NCBI RefSeq assembly: GCF_963921235.1
Contig: NC_086109.1
Coordinates: 21,144,001-21,208,000, forward strand
DNA from: Mobula hypostoma
Lineage: Eukaryota
Length of the DNA: 64,000 nt
Direction of reading: 5' to 3'
This document shows, piece after piece, positions 36,587-50,100 of the stretch. Each line of letters begins with the position of its first letter. Position 1 is the stretch's first letter. The translations under genes were made by a program, and so were the position numbers. Below the pieces are notes generated by a model. The model saw only the letters and a list, made by a program, of their open reading frames with translations, did not search any database and was not told the DNA's origin.

Positions 36587-39500
36587 TTATTCCACTTGTT
36601 CCTGATTCTGCCTCCTATTTTTGTAAGGCTTTTCTTTGTGGCACGTACTTCCACTATCACTCCTACGTTCCATTATTGAGTGTCAGAGTTATTTGGTGGT
36701 GTGAACACACGGACTCTATTTTGAAATTTGAGTTATTTTCCTTGATGGCTTTAGTCATAGTTTTGCTTCAGACTGAACAGCTTCTCTTCCTCTCTCCCTC
36801 AAGACTTGGCTGAACAAAATCTCAATCATGTTCTGACTCTTCTGCACATTAGTGTCTCAGCAGAGGTATAACGGCTTGAGCACGTCCTTACATTCGCTCC
36901 ACGTCCAATCCCTGCGGCAGCAACCTGTTACTGTCCTGCTGTCCTGAACTGAACTGAAGGTTTTCCTGTCAATGCTTTCATTTTAGATGGAGTGGTGTCA
37001 AGAGACTGAAACCTGAAGAACCTACACCCTGTTTCACAAACAATTTCGCAAACAATTCTATATGCAGACATGTAGACCTTGATCCTATTGATAAGCCAAT
37101 GTGGCAAAATTCCAGACATCATACAGAGTTTGCCACGCAACCAATCAGCGATGAGTACCCCTCCCTACTTCAGAATTGAGTTTCTGTAATGACGACCAAT
37201 CAACTGATTGATAAGTATATAAAAGCCAAACATCTGGAGGACACACCACAATGAATAGCACATTGATGATGTCTCCTTGAATGATGGTGAAATGTTTGCA
37301 AATGGATTGCCAAGATTGGCTGCAGAGGTTTCCCAGCCAAATCAGCATGACAGTTGTTGTCAGATCTGGGCCTGGACGAAAGGAGCAAAAAACAAGCAGC
37401 TCGTAGGATTGGGGAAGAGGCAGAATGAGTCTCTTGTTGGATTTGGAGTAGGCGAGAGGAGGGAAGCTGGAAACCAGGAGCAGATGGGCAGTGATCTGGC
37501 CACCACTGCCACCACCAACTGGAGAGTGTTGTGGTTAAGGGTCGAAACACTTGGTGAAGGTTGGGAACCACCTGATGACATCTGCTCCTGGCTGAAGACT
37601 ATGGTTACCTTAGAAGGTAACTGGAGAATGCACCCTAACAGGTGTCTGTAACAAGGAGAACAACTCAACCAACCATCAAGCACCCGAGCTACGTACTTTC
37701 TGAGTTATTTCCATAATTAAATACATAATTTTAAAAAGTGGTATTTATTCAAGGATATATTTCGTTTATCTAAATTAATTAGGAAAACTAATACGAAATA
37801 AATTAAAGAAAGAATTCACTTACCTTCATAAACGTTTACCATCAAGACGATTCCATAGAATAGAAATAGAAACCATAGAAACTACAGCACAGAAACAGGC
37901 CCTTTGGCCCTTCTTGGCTGTGCCGAACCATTTTCTGCCTAGTCCCACTGACCTGCACACGGACCATATCCCTCCATACACCTCCCATCCATGTATCTGT
38001 CCAATTTATTCTTAAATGTTAAAAAAGAACCTTAAAAAAGATTCCTTTCAACTGAATGCGGTGATGCGGGATAAACGGCAGCAGAGTGGGAGCCAGACAG
38101 TGTCATTTCTGACTAGCATTGTGTTATAGACTTAGTCAGCTCCATCATGAGCCCAACCTTTTCCATGATCGAGGAGACCTTCAAGAGGGAATGCCTCAAG
38201 ATGTCAGCATCCATCATTAAGGACCATCAACATTTGGGTTACACCCTCGTCTTGCAGCTACCTTCAGGAATGAGCTAGGAGCCTTTAGATTAGGGTTTTC
38301 CAACCCAGGGTCTACAGACCTCTTTGTTAATGGTAGGGTCTATGTAATAAAAAATGTTTGGGAACCCCTGCTGTGGATCCATAGTCAACAATTCAGGAAT
38401 AGCATCTTACTCTCCACCATCAGATTTCTAGATGGTCCATGAACCCATGAACGCTACCTCACTAGTCCTTTGTTCTGCACTATTTATTTATTGTATAATT
38501 TATAGTTTTTAAAGTTTTTGCATTGCACCGTTGCCGCAAAACAAAAAAATCATGTCATATGTCAGTAATGATAAATCTGATTCTGAACTTTGCTAATGTT
38601 TCTTGTATTATTAAACTTAAAGACCTGTTTCTTCAGTGCCTCCTTTGAAATCATCACTGATTTCTTAGGAAACATCTCTATTAGTATTCTGAATCCAAAA
38701 AAAATCTGTATTCAGAGATATGGCTTAATGGAAGATATATTTATCTATGAGCTCACAATATCTTAATTGAGGCAAATGTTTAAGGTCTCTGGCAGTTGTC
38801 CTGAAACTCACATTACACGAATACTCAGCATGTAGCTCTTCCAAAAATCCTCTTTTCAACACTTTTGTTGTGAAACTCCCTGTCCCTCATTTAAAACAAC
38901 TTTGTTCTATTGACAACATGTACCATGTCTTCATCTGAACTTCTGTCTCGTTCAATCCATCCTCTTAAAGATTTTCTGTGGACTTGTTTAGAATGAAATC
39001 TTATTTGTTTTCCTGTCTATTCCTTTGCTGCAGCCATAAGATCACCTTCTATTAATACTATTGTGAGGATCATGTGTTCACTCCCTGTGTCTGAACTCAT
39101 ATCTGTGGATGCAGTTTGTTTGCAAGCTCTCTACTCACTCAGGCAATCTTATTGACATATGAGTATGGCTGGCCTTTGTGTTCTTGTTACAGCCACTACC
39201 AGCATTGCCAGCTTAAGACCAGGAATTTCTAATAAAGGCTTATGTTGTCTGTGACATAAGTAAGAATTCACATTTTCTTTAATTCCAAAGGAAATTTTTC
39301 TTCCCTCTTCTTCAGGTTGAGCACTCTTATGGCAAGGGTGATGATTATAAGTGATTTAATCACTGCGGGTCTTCTATGATTGCAATTCCTACTCCACAAT
39401 TTGAAACATTATATACAAGCTTCGATTGATGTTTTATATCACAGTAAACTAACAGTGACCTATTTCCGTGGTTCCTTCTATGCAATTGGATGTTCTTTGT

Positions 39501-39959
39501 CTTCAATTCTATTTTGTGTCTTTCTTCAGTAACTGATGGTGTGACATCAGCACTGTTGCAAGATCTGGCATGTTGCTATATGATGCTTTGAAATAATTTC
39601 AGTCCATCTTTGACTGGTTTTAAACACAGGATTCTGCAGATGCTGGAAATCCAGTGTAGCACGTGCACAGTACTGGAGAAACTCAGCAGGCCAGGCAGTG
39701 TCGATGGAGAGAAATAAATTGTTGACATTTTGGCCAAGACCCTTCATTTGGAGTGGAAAGCGCAGTTCCCTCTAAGCTGCACAGGTGTGTGGCCGCGCAG
39801 TAACTGAAATGCTCTCGCACACATAGCCTTTGCTGTTATGCAGATGGAATTTTCTTTTATACTAAGTGATGTGCAGTTTTCAGGCTGTGTAAAAATTTCC
39901 TGAGAAATGATTGGTTTGCGCAGCAATATATAATAAAAAGAGAGAACGTTGCTTGAAAG

Positions 39960-40382
39960 GAAAGGAAGGGGGAAGAAGCTAGAATAAGAAGGTGGGGGGG
40001 TAGGAGGAGGAGTACAGGTTATTGGTAAAGGTAGGTGGGAAAGGGGAATGAAGTGCGAGCTGGGAGGTGATAGGTGGAAAAGGTAAAAGACTTTTTACCT
40101 TTTACTTGGTGAAGACGGAATCTCTCAGGAAAGGAGAGTGGACCGTGGGAGAAATGGAAGAAGGAGAAGTACCAGATGAGGAGAAGAGAAGGGGCGAGAG
40201 GAGAGCCAGAAATGGGAAATGGAAAAAGAGAGAAGGGGGAACGGAGAAATCCATGTTCGTGCCATCAGGTTGGGGGCTACCTGGATGAAATAAGAGGTGT
40301 TGCTCCTCCAGTCTGAGAGTGGCCTTATTGTAGCAGTAGAGGAGACCACAGACCAGCATGTCAAAACGGGGATGGGGAGTGA
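39960..40382 (-). mobile_element. Penelope-like 3' fragment
   Basis: ORF 40102..40359: GLLYCYNKATLRLEEQHLLFHPGSPQPDGTNMDFS, the same C-terminus as at 25000-25100 and 63301-63531. Confidence 0.8.
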
Positions 40383-42309
40383 ACTGAATTCTATCTATTT
40401 GTATTTACTTTTAACCCAATGTAAACTCTTTCTTTCTGCTCGGTTTACGCTTGCTTCTTTTACAGTCTACATTGTAGCTAATGATGAAACATTTCTAATA
40501 TTCAGTGACATTCTCTGTTGTACTAATGCCAATTTGCACATGACCAAGGGCAATGATCTGCGCTTGTAGTGTTTGCCCTAAGTAGCTCAAAGAATTTTCA
40601 GTGATATTCTCACACCGTAATATAGTTGTATGAAGCAATGAAGATCCTAATGTGCACTAATTGTCTAAGGCTTTGGGGTCTCGTTCAACCGAGCAGATGA
40701 TGTGGCAGATCTAGCCTGGCAAATACTTTGGGTTCTGCTAAGCCCGCATGATGATCCTTGAGAAATGAGCCATGTTTTTCAACTGGCATGTGCAATACCA
40801 CCTTTTAATCAACAAAACATGTGAAAGTCTTATCCTCTTCATTTGGTATTGACCAGACACTCTCGCTTCTCTGCACTAGAACTACATTCCAATTCATCTC
40901 TTTCACCAATCAACTTCCCAGTTCCTTACTTCACCCTTCCACCCCTCCCGGTTTCACCTATCACCTACTACCTTGTATTTCTTCCTCCCTTCCCCCCCAC
41001 CTTCTTACTCTGACTTCTCAACACTTCTTTCCAGTCTTGAAGAAGGTTCTCTGTCCAAAAAATTGATTGTTTACTCTTTTCCATAGATGCTGTCTGGCCT
41101 GCTGAGTTCCTCCAGCATTTCATGTGTATTACTAATGCATTAAACTCTTGTTTCTTCAATGCATATAGAACAGGTCAAGGCTTACATAGTTAGGTTTTGG
41201 CCATAACTTGGGCACTGCAACATGTTGTACCTAGTAGAAAATGCTTTGCCACCAGGAGGTAAAAGTTTGATTTTGATGCATTCATGTTCAACACCTCTTT
41301 CCATTCAAGATTCATTTTCCTGAGCCAATCTTTATCCATCAATGATGACTGATTGTGTGTGTCTGTGTATTTGTGCAGGTGTATGTAATTATGTGCACTG
41401 AGGAACTCTCCTGACTGCCAGAACCATTGATAAATTGGCTAACCTAGCCCCTTTGAAACCTTGTAGAAACATGTTGACAGATAAAGTGCTGTTTCCTTTA
41501 GTGGTACTTGAACAAACTTAACTAACGACCCCTAATTGAACTTCATTTTTCACATTGATTATGAACCATTTAACCATATATTTCATTTTGAAATGATTTG
41601 CTTTCTGTTGCTGCTGAATGCATACAAATGAAGTGAGTTCAATTCTCCATTGTTCACACAAGATTTGAAACTATATAGATTTCCTCTCTGCGGTTTTTGC
41701 TATGAAAACTTCCCCTATGTGAAGAAATTACACCATTGGGATTGCTTTGATTGACTAGTTTGGTTTTAGACTTGCCTATTGAGAAAATGTGGCTTTTTTT
41801 CCTCACAAGAATTAAAGCATTTTGCCATTTTAAACTGACAAATGCAGGATGTCTCTCAATAATCTATAAAGCCATTTGTGTCAATCTTACCCACTTGCTT
41901 CAGATTCTTGTCGATGACAGTAAACTTGTACCTTGCATTGGATAAGATTATTTGACACTTTTCAATGCCATAGATACCAGCAGGATCAAATGTGAGATTT
42001 TTGATGTTTAAGAACTGATTTATTTTATTCATTGATTAAGCCATAAATGAAATTGCTATGTTGTGCATGGTCAATATATAACAGATGTTTCAATGGGACA
42101 TTGTGCCTCTCTGGCCCGACTTCTCATTCCTAGTTCCAAAGCTGTAGTCTCCATAAATGTTGAAGATTTAGGTGGAAATAATCCTATAACTTTCAAACCA
42201 CTTGCTGATACGAAACAATATTTTTACATTGATATAGTTTTATCTATATATTTATCAATATCCATGATAAGATCCATCAAAAGATTCACATATTTCTGAA
42301 CACATTCAG

Positions 42310-43025
42310 AGTTTAAAGTACAAAGTAATTTTATTATCAAAGTACGTACATGTCACCATATACTGCCTTGACATTAATTTTGTTGCAGACATTCACAGTA
42401 GAAATACAATAGAATCATGAAAAATGATACACAAACACTGATAAATAACCAATGTGCAAATGAAGACAAACTGTGCAAATACAAAAAAAAAAGAATAATG
42501 ATAATAAACAGTAAATAAATAATACTGTACTGATAACAGGAGCTGTAGACTCCATTAAAATAAGTCCATTGATTGTGGAAGCAGTTCACCATTGAAGTGT
42601 TAAATTAACCATGCTTGTTCAGCAGCCTGATGGTTGAAGGGTAATAACTGTTCCTGAACATGGTGGTGTGGGACCTAAGGCTCCTGTACCTCCTCCCCAA
42701 TGGCACAGCGAGAATAGAGAATAGCCTGGATAATGGGGGTCCTTGATGATCGATGCTGCCTTCTTGTAGATGTGTTTAATGGTGGGGAGAGCTTCCCCTG
42801 TGCTGGACTGGGCTGTATCCAGTAAGTTTTGTAAGCTTTTCCATTCTCGTGCATTGGTGTTTCCATACCAGGCCATGATGCAACCAGTCAGGATACTCTT
42901 CAATGTGCATATATAGAAGTTTGTCAAAGTTTTAGATGACATGCTAAATCTGCGCAAGCTTCCAAGCAAGTTGAGGAGCTGTCGTGCCTTCTTTTTAATG
43001 GCACTTACATGCTGGTCCCAGGCAG
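42310..43025 (-). mobile_element. Rex1/Babar-like LINE 3' fragment
   Basis: ORF 42619..42969: LRRFSMSSKTLTNFYICTLKSILTGCIMAWYGN. Confidence 0.85.
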
Positions 43026-43269
43026 ATCAGTATTTTTGCTGGTGTATTTTCACCATCAGTGCAAGTTTCCACTAGGTAATTTGCTGTGAAAATCATTTTC
43101 ATATGATCAGTGTATGAAATGTTTGCACAGCAGATGCACAATTACTGCTGCCTGCATAACCAGCTTGTATCAGTCATTAGGTCCTCTTCTTCTGAAGTCT
43201 TTTCTGTCAAAGCTGTTGATCACACAATAGAGCAGTGGATTTCCCACCTATCCAAACTCCATTTATGTA

Positions 43270-43645
43270 CGGTATTATGTAAAAGTTTTAGGTGTGTGTA
43301 TGTGTGTGTGTCTGTATGTATGTATGTGGAGTGGAGAGCGAGTTTGTGAATCTGGCAGCAGCAAACGATGTTGGGAATGGCAAGGGTGGAGCACCGCAGG
43401 AGGGATGAGAGACAGGCGGTAGAGAAGGAGAGCGAGGGTGGGGGCTGGTGTAGATGCAGACATACCCATCCCTGAGACCCATATCAGAATCAGGTTTATC
43501 ATCACTCACATATGTCATGAAATTGTTTTTTTGTTGAATCAGCAGTACAGTGCAATACATAAAATTACTACAGTACTGTGCAAAAGTCTTGGGCACCCTG
43601 GCTATATATATATATATGTGCCTAAGACTTTTGCACAGTACTGTA
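43270..43645. mobile_element. Composite non-autonomous element ending in a 73-bp TA-flanked palindromic mini-MITE (43571-43643); related copy at 61160-61585
   Basis: Arms actacagtactgtgcaaaagtcttgggcac / gtgcctaagacttttgcacagtactgtagt. The body is homologous (inverted) to 61160-61520. Confidence 0.75.
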
Positions 43646-44069
43646 GTTTAATGCCTATACAGTAATGCCTATCCTTGCACAGTACTGTAGTTTAATGCCT
43701 ATACAGTATCCTTGGATTCATTAGCCAAGCCTCTGGCAGCAGTGTCATTCTTACTGGACACATTGGGAGATCTTCTGTACTATTGGTACAGAAGCGTGAA
43801 GGCGCACACTCAACGAGTCAAGAACAGCTCCTTCCCCTCGGCCATCTGATTTCTGAATGGACAATGAACCCATGAACACTACCTCAATACTTTTTATATG
43901 TCTATTTTTTAACTACTTATTTAATTTAACTTATCAATATATGTGTTGATTTTACGGCAATTCACAGTTTTTTCCCTATTATTATGTATTGCATCATACT
44001 GCTGCTGCCAAGACAACAAATTTTGCGACACATGCCGGTGATATTAAACCGAATCTGATTCTGATTCAT

Positions 44070-44330
44070 TTCCTGGCGCTGTCTACGCAGAGTTTTTACG
44101 TTCTCCACATGACTGTGTGGGTTTCCTCTGGGTGCTCCGGGTTTCTCCCACATTCCAAAGACATACGGCTTAGGGTTAGTAAGTTGTGGGCCTGCTATTT
44201 TGGTGCCGGAAGTGTGGTGACACTTGCAGGCTGTACGCACCACACCTCGGACTGTTTTGGTCGTTGGCGCAAATTGTGTACCTTACTGTATGTTTTAATA
44301 TACATGAGACAAATGAAGCTGATCTTTAAA
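44070..44330 (+). mobile_element. V-SINE-like element
   Basis: gagtttttacgttctccacatgactgtgtgggtttcctctgggtgctccgg..tcccacattccaaagac. Similar copy at 55170-55460. Confidence 0.7.
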
Positions 44331-45027
44331 TATTTCTCCTTAGATTTTCATTTACCAAAGATGTAAGTGTGTACAGTAAAACTCTAATGATCTGGCAGCC
44401 TGAGAATTTATCGGACTATAGGATGTTATTGATGCCCAAACACAATTTCTTTCTACATTTACACTGTAGTACAGAAATTTTTTCAATGAACTTGGTGTGT
44501 TGGGAGCAGGAAGCATCAAAAGATCAAAGTAAATTTATTATCACAATACACGTATGTCACCACATAAAACCATGAGATGCATTTTCTTGTGGGCATACTT
44601 AATAAATCCATAACAAAATACAGTAATACCCATAAGCAGCCTGAATCCCTGTTTCTGCCACAAACCTGCTGCCCACATTCCTGGCTCCAACCCTCAGTCC
44701 GGACCCTGTGCCAGGATCTATGGACAACAGGCCTGGACAAGCAGGCCGCTTTCTGTCTGTATGAATAGTTCACGTTCCAGGCTAATTAGTGAGCCAGATT
44801 CAGAAACATCAAAATCTCTGAGCAATGGGATTCTGGATTAGCAGAGTTTTACTGCATACGGAATTAGTTCAGTCCTGATCTTGAATGGGACAACAGATTG
44901 TCCCTATGATTTTGAAGTCATGAAATGATTTGAATTGATCTGAAAAACTAAATGGCAGCTTGGGTTTAAGCATTTCATCTAAAAGGTGACTTTTCCCACA
45001 CCACAGCATCTCCTGTACGATGATCTA

Positions 45028-45547
45028 TACTCAGTGGCCAGTTTATTAGGTATACCTGCACTCCTGTTCCTTAATGCAAATATCTAATCAGCCAATCATG
45101 TGGCAGTAACTTAATGCATAAAAGCATGAAGAGCTTCAATTTTTCAGACCAAACATCCAAAATATGGAAGAAATGTGACTTTGACCATAGAGTAATTGTT
45201 GATGCCAGTAGTTTGAGCATCTCAGAAAATGCTGATTGTTCACACACAACAGTCTCTAGAGTTTACAGAGAATGGTGCGATAAACAAAAAAAAGTCCAGT
45301 GACCAGCAGTTCAGTGGACAAAGATGCCTTGTTAATGGGAGAGGTCAGGGGAGAATGGCTAGACTGGTTCAAGCTGACAGGGAGGTGACAGGAACTCAAA
45401 TAACTGCACATTACGAAGAGCATGTCTGGACGCTCAACACATTGAACCTTGAAGTGATTGGGCCACAGTAGCAAAAATCCAAAAACATGCAATCAGTGGC
45501 CACTTTATTCGGTACAGGGTGTACCCAATAAAAGTGGCCACTGAATG
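45028..45547 (+). mobile_element. Internally deleted Tc1/mariner element, same family as 4096-4632
   Basis: TIRs tactcagtggccagtttattagg / aataaaagtggccactgaatg with TA flanks. ORF 45114..45302: KKCDFDHRVIVDA..SISENAD..HTTVSRVYREW. Confidence 0.85.
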
Positions 45548-45597
45548 TAGATAATCCACCTAGCCTGTGAGTTCACATCTCTGGACTGAGGTCTTGA

Positions 45598-45936
<339 letters not shown>

Positions 45937-46504
45937 TGAAGTTGATAGAATCACCTCTGAGCTTTACCCTGTGAACGGTCGACAAATAATTATTCTGAAT
46001 TACAGCACAGGCTGTTCAGCCCATCTGATTTAAAATGATGTCCATGCTTGCTCTCATTCCATTTCTCAGCGCCACATCATTAAATGGCCAAATCCTCCAG
46101 CACAGAGATCATAGGTTTATTAACGGATTGTGAAGAAAATATTTAAAAAATTTGTTCCTTAGTCTTTTCTGATTTAGCAGCAAGAGGTATCCACAGAGGA
46201 AGCATCGTACACGTGTTAAAGTTTACAAATAGAAGTATTTTATTGGAATTATATAAAGAATAAAATATAAAAAGAAGGAAGAATACTGAATGAAGCAGAG
46301 AAGGAAACAAAATAATACTTATGATCCACTTATTGAACTGATCTACACAATGCCAGAGGGAACCACAGTTGTCCGTCAGCCTTTAACGCAGCCTTCTCTG
46401 TCTAACCTAGCACCCAGTCTGAGGGAAGATTCCAAGAAGTTGCCCCTTTTTATACTCTTCATAAACTATTTTATTTATTTTTTAAATATTTTCATTGAGG
46501 GAGA

Positions 46505-46770
46505 CAGTGTAGAACAGGCCCTTCCAGTGCAGTGGGCCACACCACCCAGCAACCCGCCTATTTAACACTAGCCGAATCATAGGACAGTTTACACTGACCA
46601 ATTAACCTACTAGATGTATGTCTTTGGACTACAGAAGGAAACCAAAGCACTGAGAGAAAACACCATGCATTCACGCGGAGAATGTACGAACTTCATTACA
46701 GATGGTGTTGGCAATGAACTTCGAACTCCGGAACACCCCGAGTTGTAATGGCGTTGTACTAATGACTACG
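46505..46770 (-). mobile_element. V-SINE-like element
   Basis: Reverse complement of the V domain (gtctttggactacagaaggaaaccaaagcac...ggagaatgtacgaact). Confidence 0.6.
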
Positions 46771-47234
46771 CCTCCATGGCACCCAATACTTACCTTCATA
46801 CTTTCCCGTCAACAATACCAGGTGGTATTTACACCTGCAGAATCATCCACTCCTTCACAAACAAACATGTATTTTCACCGTTATCTGCTGTCAGGGCTGT
46901 AGACTAGTACTCACACTAAGTTCAAACATTGCTGTGGACTGGTTCCCTTGTATTTTCTCAAAACATTCCTACATTCCAGACTAACGCCATTTTGTCTTAC
47001 AAACTTCCATCATGTGTTACACATTTTAATATAGATCAAGGAAGAATCAAATTTAACTTTCATTTCACTCCTACAGTACACAAACAGGTCTGTGCTGGAC
47101 ATAAACCATCCATGCTCATTACTCGTATGTTAACCTTATTTTCAAAATTCTCTCCACATTCTCCTCAACAACCCCCAGATTCTACCACTACACCACAGGC
47201 AACTTATATTTGGGTCTCCCGCTTCCACAGCCCC

Positions 47235-48900
47235 CAGTGACCCTGTGATTTCAGTCTCTGAGGCCGATGTGAGACCATCCTTCAAGAGGGTGAACACACG
47301 GAAAGCAGCTCACCAGAGGAGGTACCTGGCCAAGTACTGAAGACCAGGACTGATTAACTGCTTGGAGTGCTCACCAATATCTTTAATATTTCACTTTGGC
47401 GGTCTGAGGTACCCACCTGCTTCAAGCAAGCTTTAATTATACCAGTGCCCAAGAAATTTGTTGCCTTAAAGACTATTGTCCAGTAGCACTTACATCCACA
47501 GTGATAAAGTGCTTTGAGAGGTTGATGATGAACATATCAACTCCTGCCTGAGAAGCAACTTGGATCTGCTCCAATTTGCTTACCGTCACAACGGGTCAAC
47601 AGCAGGATACCATTTCATTGGCTCTTCACTCAACTCTGGAACATCTGGACAACAAAGATGCACTCATCAGGATGCTGCTTATTGACTACAACTCAGCATT
47701 CAATACTATCATCCTCTGAAAACTAGTCAAGACCTTAGATTCAATACCTCCTTGTACAACTGGATCCTTGATTTCCTCAATTGCAGACCCCAGTCAGTTT
47801 GAATTAGCAACAACATCTCCTCCACAATTTCCATCAGCACAGGTGCACCACAAGGCTGTGTGCTTAGCCCCCTGCTCTACTCGCTTCATACTTATGACTG
47901 TGAGGCTAGGCATAGCTCTAACGCCATATTCGAATTTGTTGATGACACCACTGTCATAGACCAAATTAAAGGTGGTGACGAATCAACATAAAGGAGGGAG
48001 ATTGAAAATCTTGTTGACTGGTGCCACAGCAACAACTTCTTACTCAATGTCAGCAAGACCAAGGAGCTGATGATAGACTTCAGGAGGAGGAAACTGAGGG
48101 TCCATGAGGCATTCTTAAATGACAAATCAGAGGTGGAGAGGGTCAGCAACTTTAAATTCCTCAGTGTTATTATTTCAGAGGATCTGTCATGAGTCCAGCA
48201 CGTAAGTGCCAGTAAGAAGAAAGCATGGGAACACCTCTAGTTTCTTAGAAGTTTGCAAAGGTTCATCATGTCATCTAAAACTTTGACAAACTTCTATAGA
48301 CGTGTGGTGGAGAGTATATTGATTGGTTTCATCCTGGCGTGGTTTGGAAACACCAATGCCCTTGAATGGAAAGGCCTACAAAAATTAGTGGATACAGCCC
48401 AGTCCATCACAGGTAAAGACCTCCCCACCAGTGAGCACATCCACACGGAGCACTGCTGCATCAATCATCAAGGTCCCCACTCTTCAGGCCATGCTCTCCT
48501 CATGCTGCTGTTATCGTGAGAAAAGTACAGGAGCCTCAGGACTCATACTACCAGGTTCATGAACAGTTGTTATCCCTCAACCATCAGACTCCTGAATCTG
48601 AGAGGACAACTTCACTTGTTACTCCACTGAACTGTGCCCAGAACCTATGGACTCACTTTCAATGACTCTTCATCTCATGTTCTCAATATTTATTGCTTGC
48701 TTGTTCATCTATTTGTTTGTTTATTCTTTCTTGATTTTGTATTTGCACAATTTATTGTCTTTTGCACATTAGTTGTTTGTCCGTCCTGTTGGTTTCAGTC
48801 TTTCTTTGATTCTATTGTGCTTCTTGCAAGAAAATTAATCTCAGGGTTGTATATGGTGACATATATAGGCTTTGAAAAAAAAAATTACCTTGAGCTTTGA
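47235..48900 (+). mobile_element. Rex1/Babar-like LINE, RT domain to 3' end (decayed)
   Basis: [83 protein letters not shown]. Frameshifted. Confidence 0.9.
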
Positions 48901-49689
48901 ACCAACCCATACATCTTTGCCATGAGTGAGGAAACTTAAGTGCCAAGAGGAAGCCCATGCAGTCACTGAGAACATGCAAGTTCCACATAGCCAGCACCCA
49001 AGGTTGGGATTGTACCGGGATGCTGTTGCTTTAAGGCAGTTGCTCTACCAGCTGTGCCTTTACACTGATGTGGGCATCTGACTATTGAAGAGTGGTCTGA
49101 AACTAATTGCACTAATTCTCCCCACCCCAGTTATTCCCAGAGCCCTGTGGGTGCTTATGGTTCAAGCTTATTTTTACTTCTCTTTCTAGTGACATTATTA
49201 CATCTGCTACCTAATCTCGCTCTATCCTTCCCTACCCTGAGGGGAACATTCCCCACATTCTCCATTCTATTTGTAGCACTGAATACAGAGGGACTCTTTC
49301 TTCTTCATGTTAACATAGAATATAGAACAGTACAGCACAGGCCCATGATGTTATGCTGAACTAGCTAAATTAGTAATCAGATGCCCAACTAAACCAATCC
49401 CAGTTGCCTACCCAATACCAATCTCCCTCCACTTCCCGCAAATTTCGGTGCTTAAACAAGAGGTTTTGAACAGTCCTAATGCATTTGTCTCCACCGCAAC
49501 TTCAGACAGTGAATCCCAGGCACCCACCACTCTTTGTAAAATAAAATGTGCCCTGCACATCATCTTTGAACTTGCTCCTCTCAGCTTAAATGCCCCCTAT
49601 GCTGGCAGTGCAGAATTGCACCGGTATGTTTGGGGAGAGTGGAATTGGTACCAACTGCCACAAGAATCCTCTGCCCAGCCTTTTTATTA

Positions 49690-50100
49690 ATGGTTTTCCC
49701 ACATGAGGCCTTGTGAAATGATGATGCTCGGGAGCCTGAATGTTAAAATGGTGCTAACAGTAGAGTTGCTGATGATGAGGGGGTAGAGGAGGCACATTTC
49801 TCCTGAAGCCAATAGGCATCTCCATGGTTTTGATGGCATTCAGCTCCTGATTCCACCAGGACACTAGTTTGTTTACTTCCTGGTGGTACTTTCTGGTGAT
49901 CGGTCCAATGATGGTGGTATCTTCTGCAAACTTTATCAGTTTAACTGATGGATCACTGGAGACGCAGTCATTGGTGTATAGACAAAAGGGGAGAGGGGAG
50001 AGGACTCACCTGTGTTGAGTGAGTGGGATATGGAGATATGTTTACCTCGTCTCACCTACTGCCACCTGTCAGGAAGGAAGTTTGAGAACCACCTGCAGAT
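49690..50100 (-). mobile_element. Rex1/L2-type RT fragment
   Basis: Minus strand reads LSPLPFCLYTNDCVSSDPSVKLIKFAEDTTIIGPI. Confidence 0.7.

Noticed and set aside
37140..37700. Possible second Penelope-family terminus with a decayed hammerhead (ttgatga...gtgaaatgtt near 37263-37296) and overlapping 107-124 aa ORFs
   Set aside because: Too degenerate to call confidently; the ORFs resemble no known protein.
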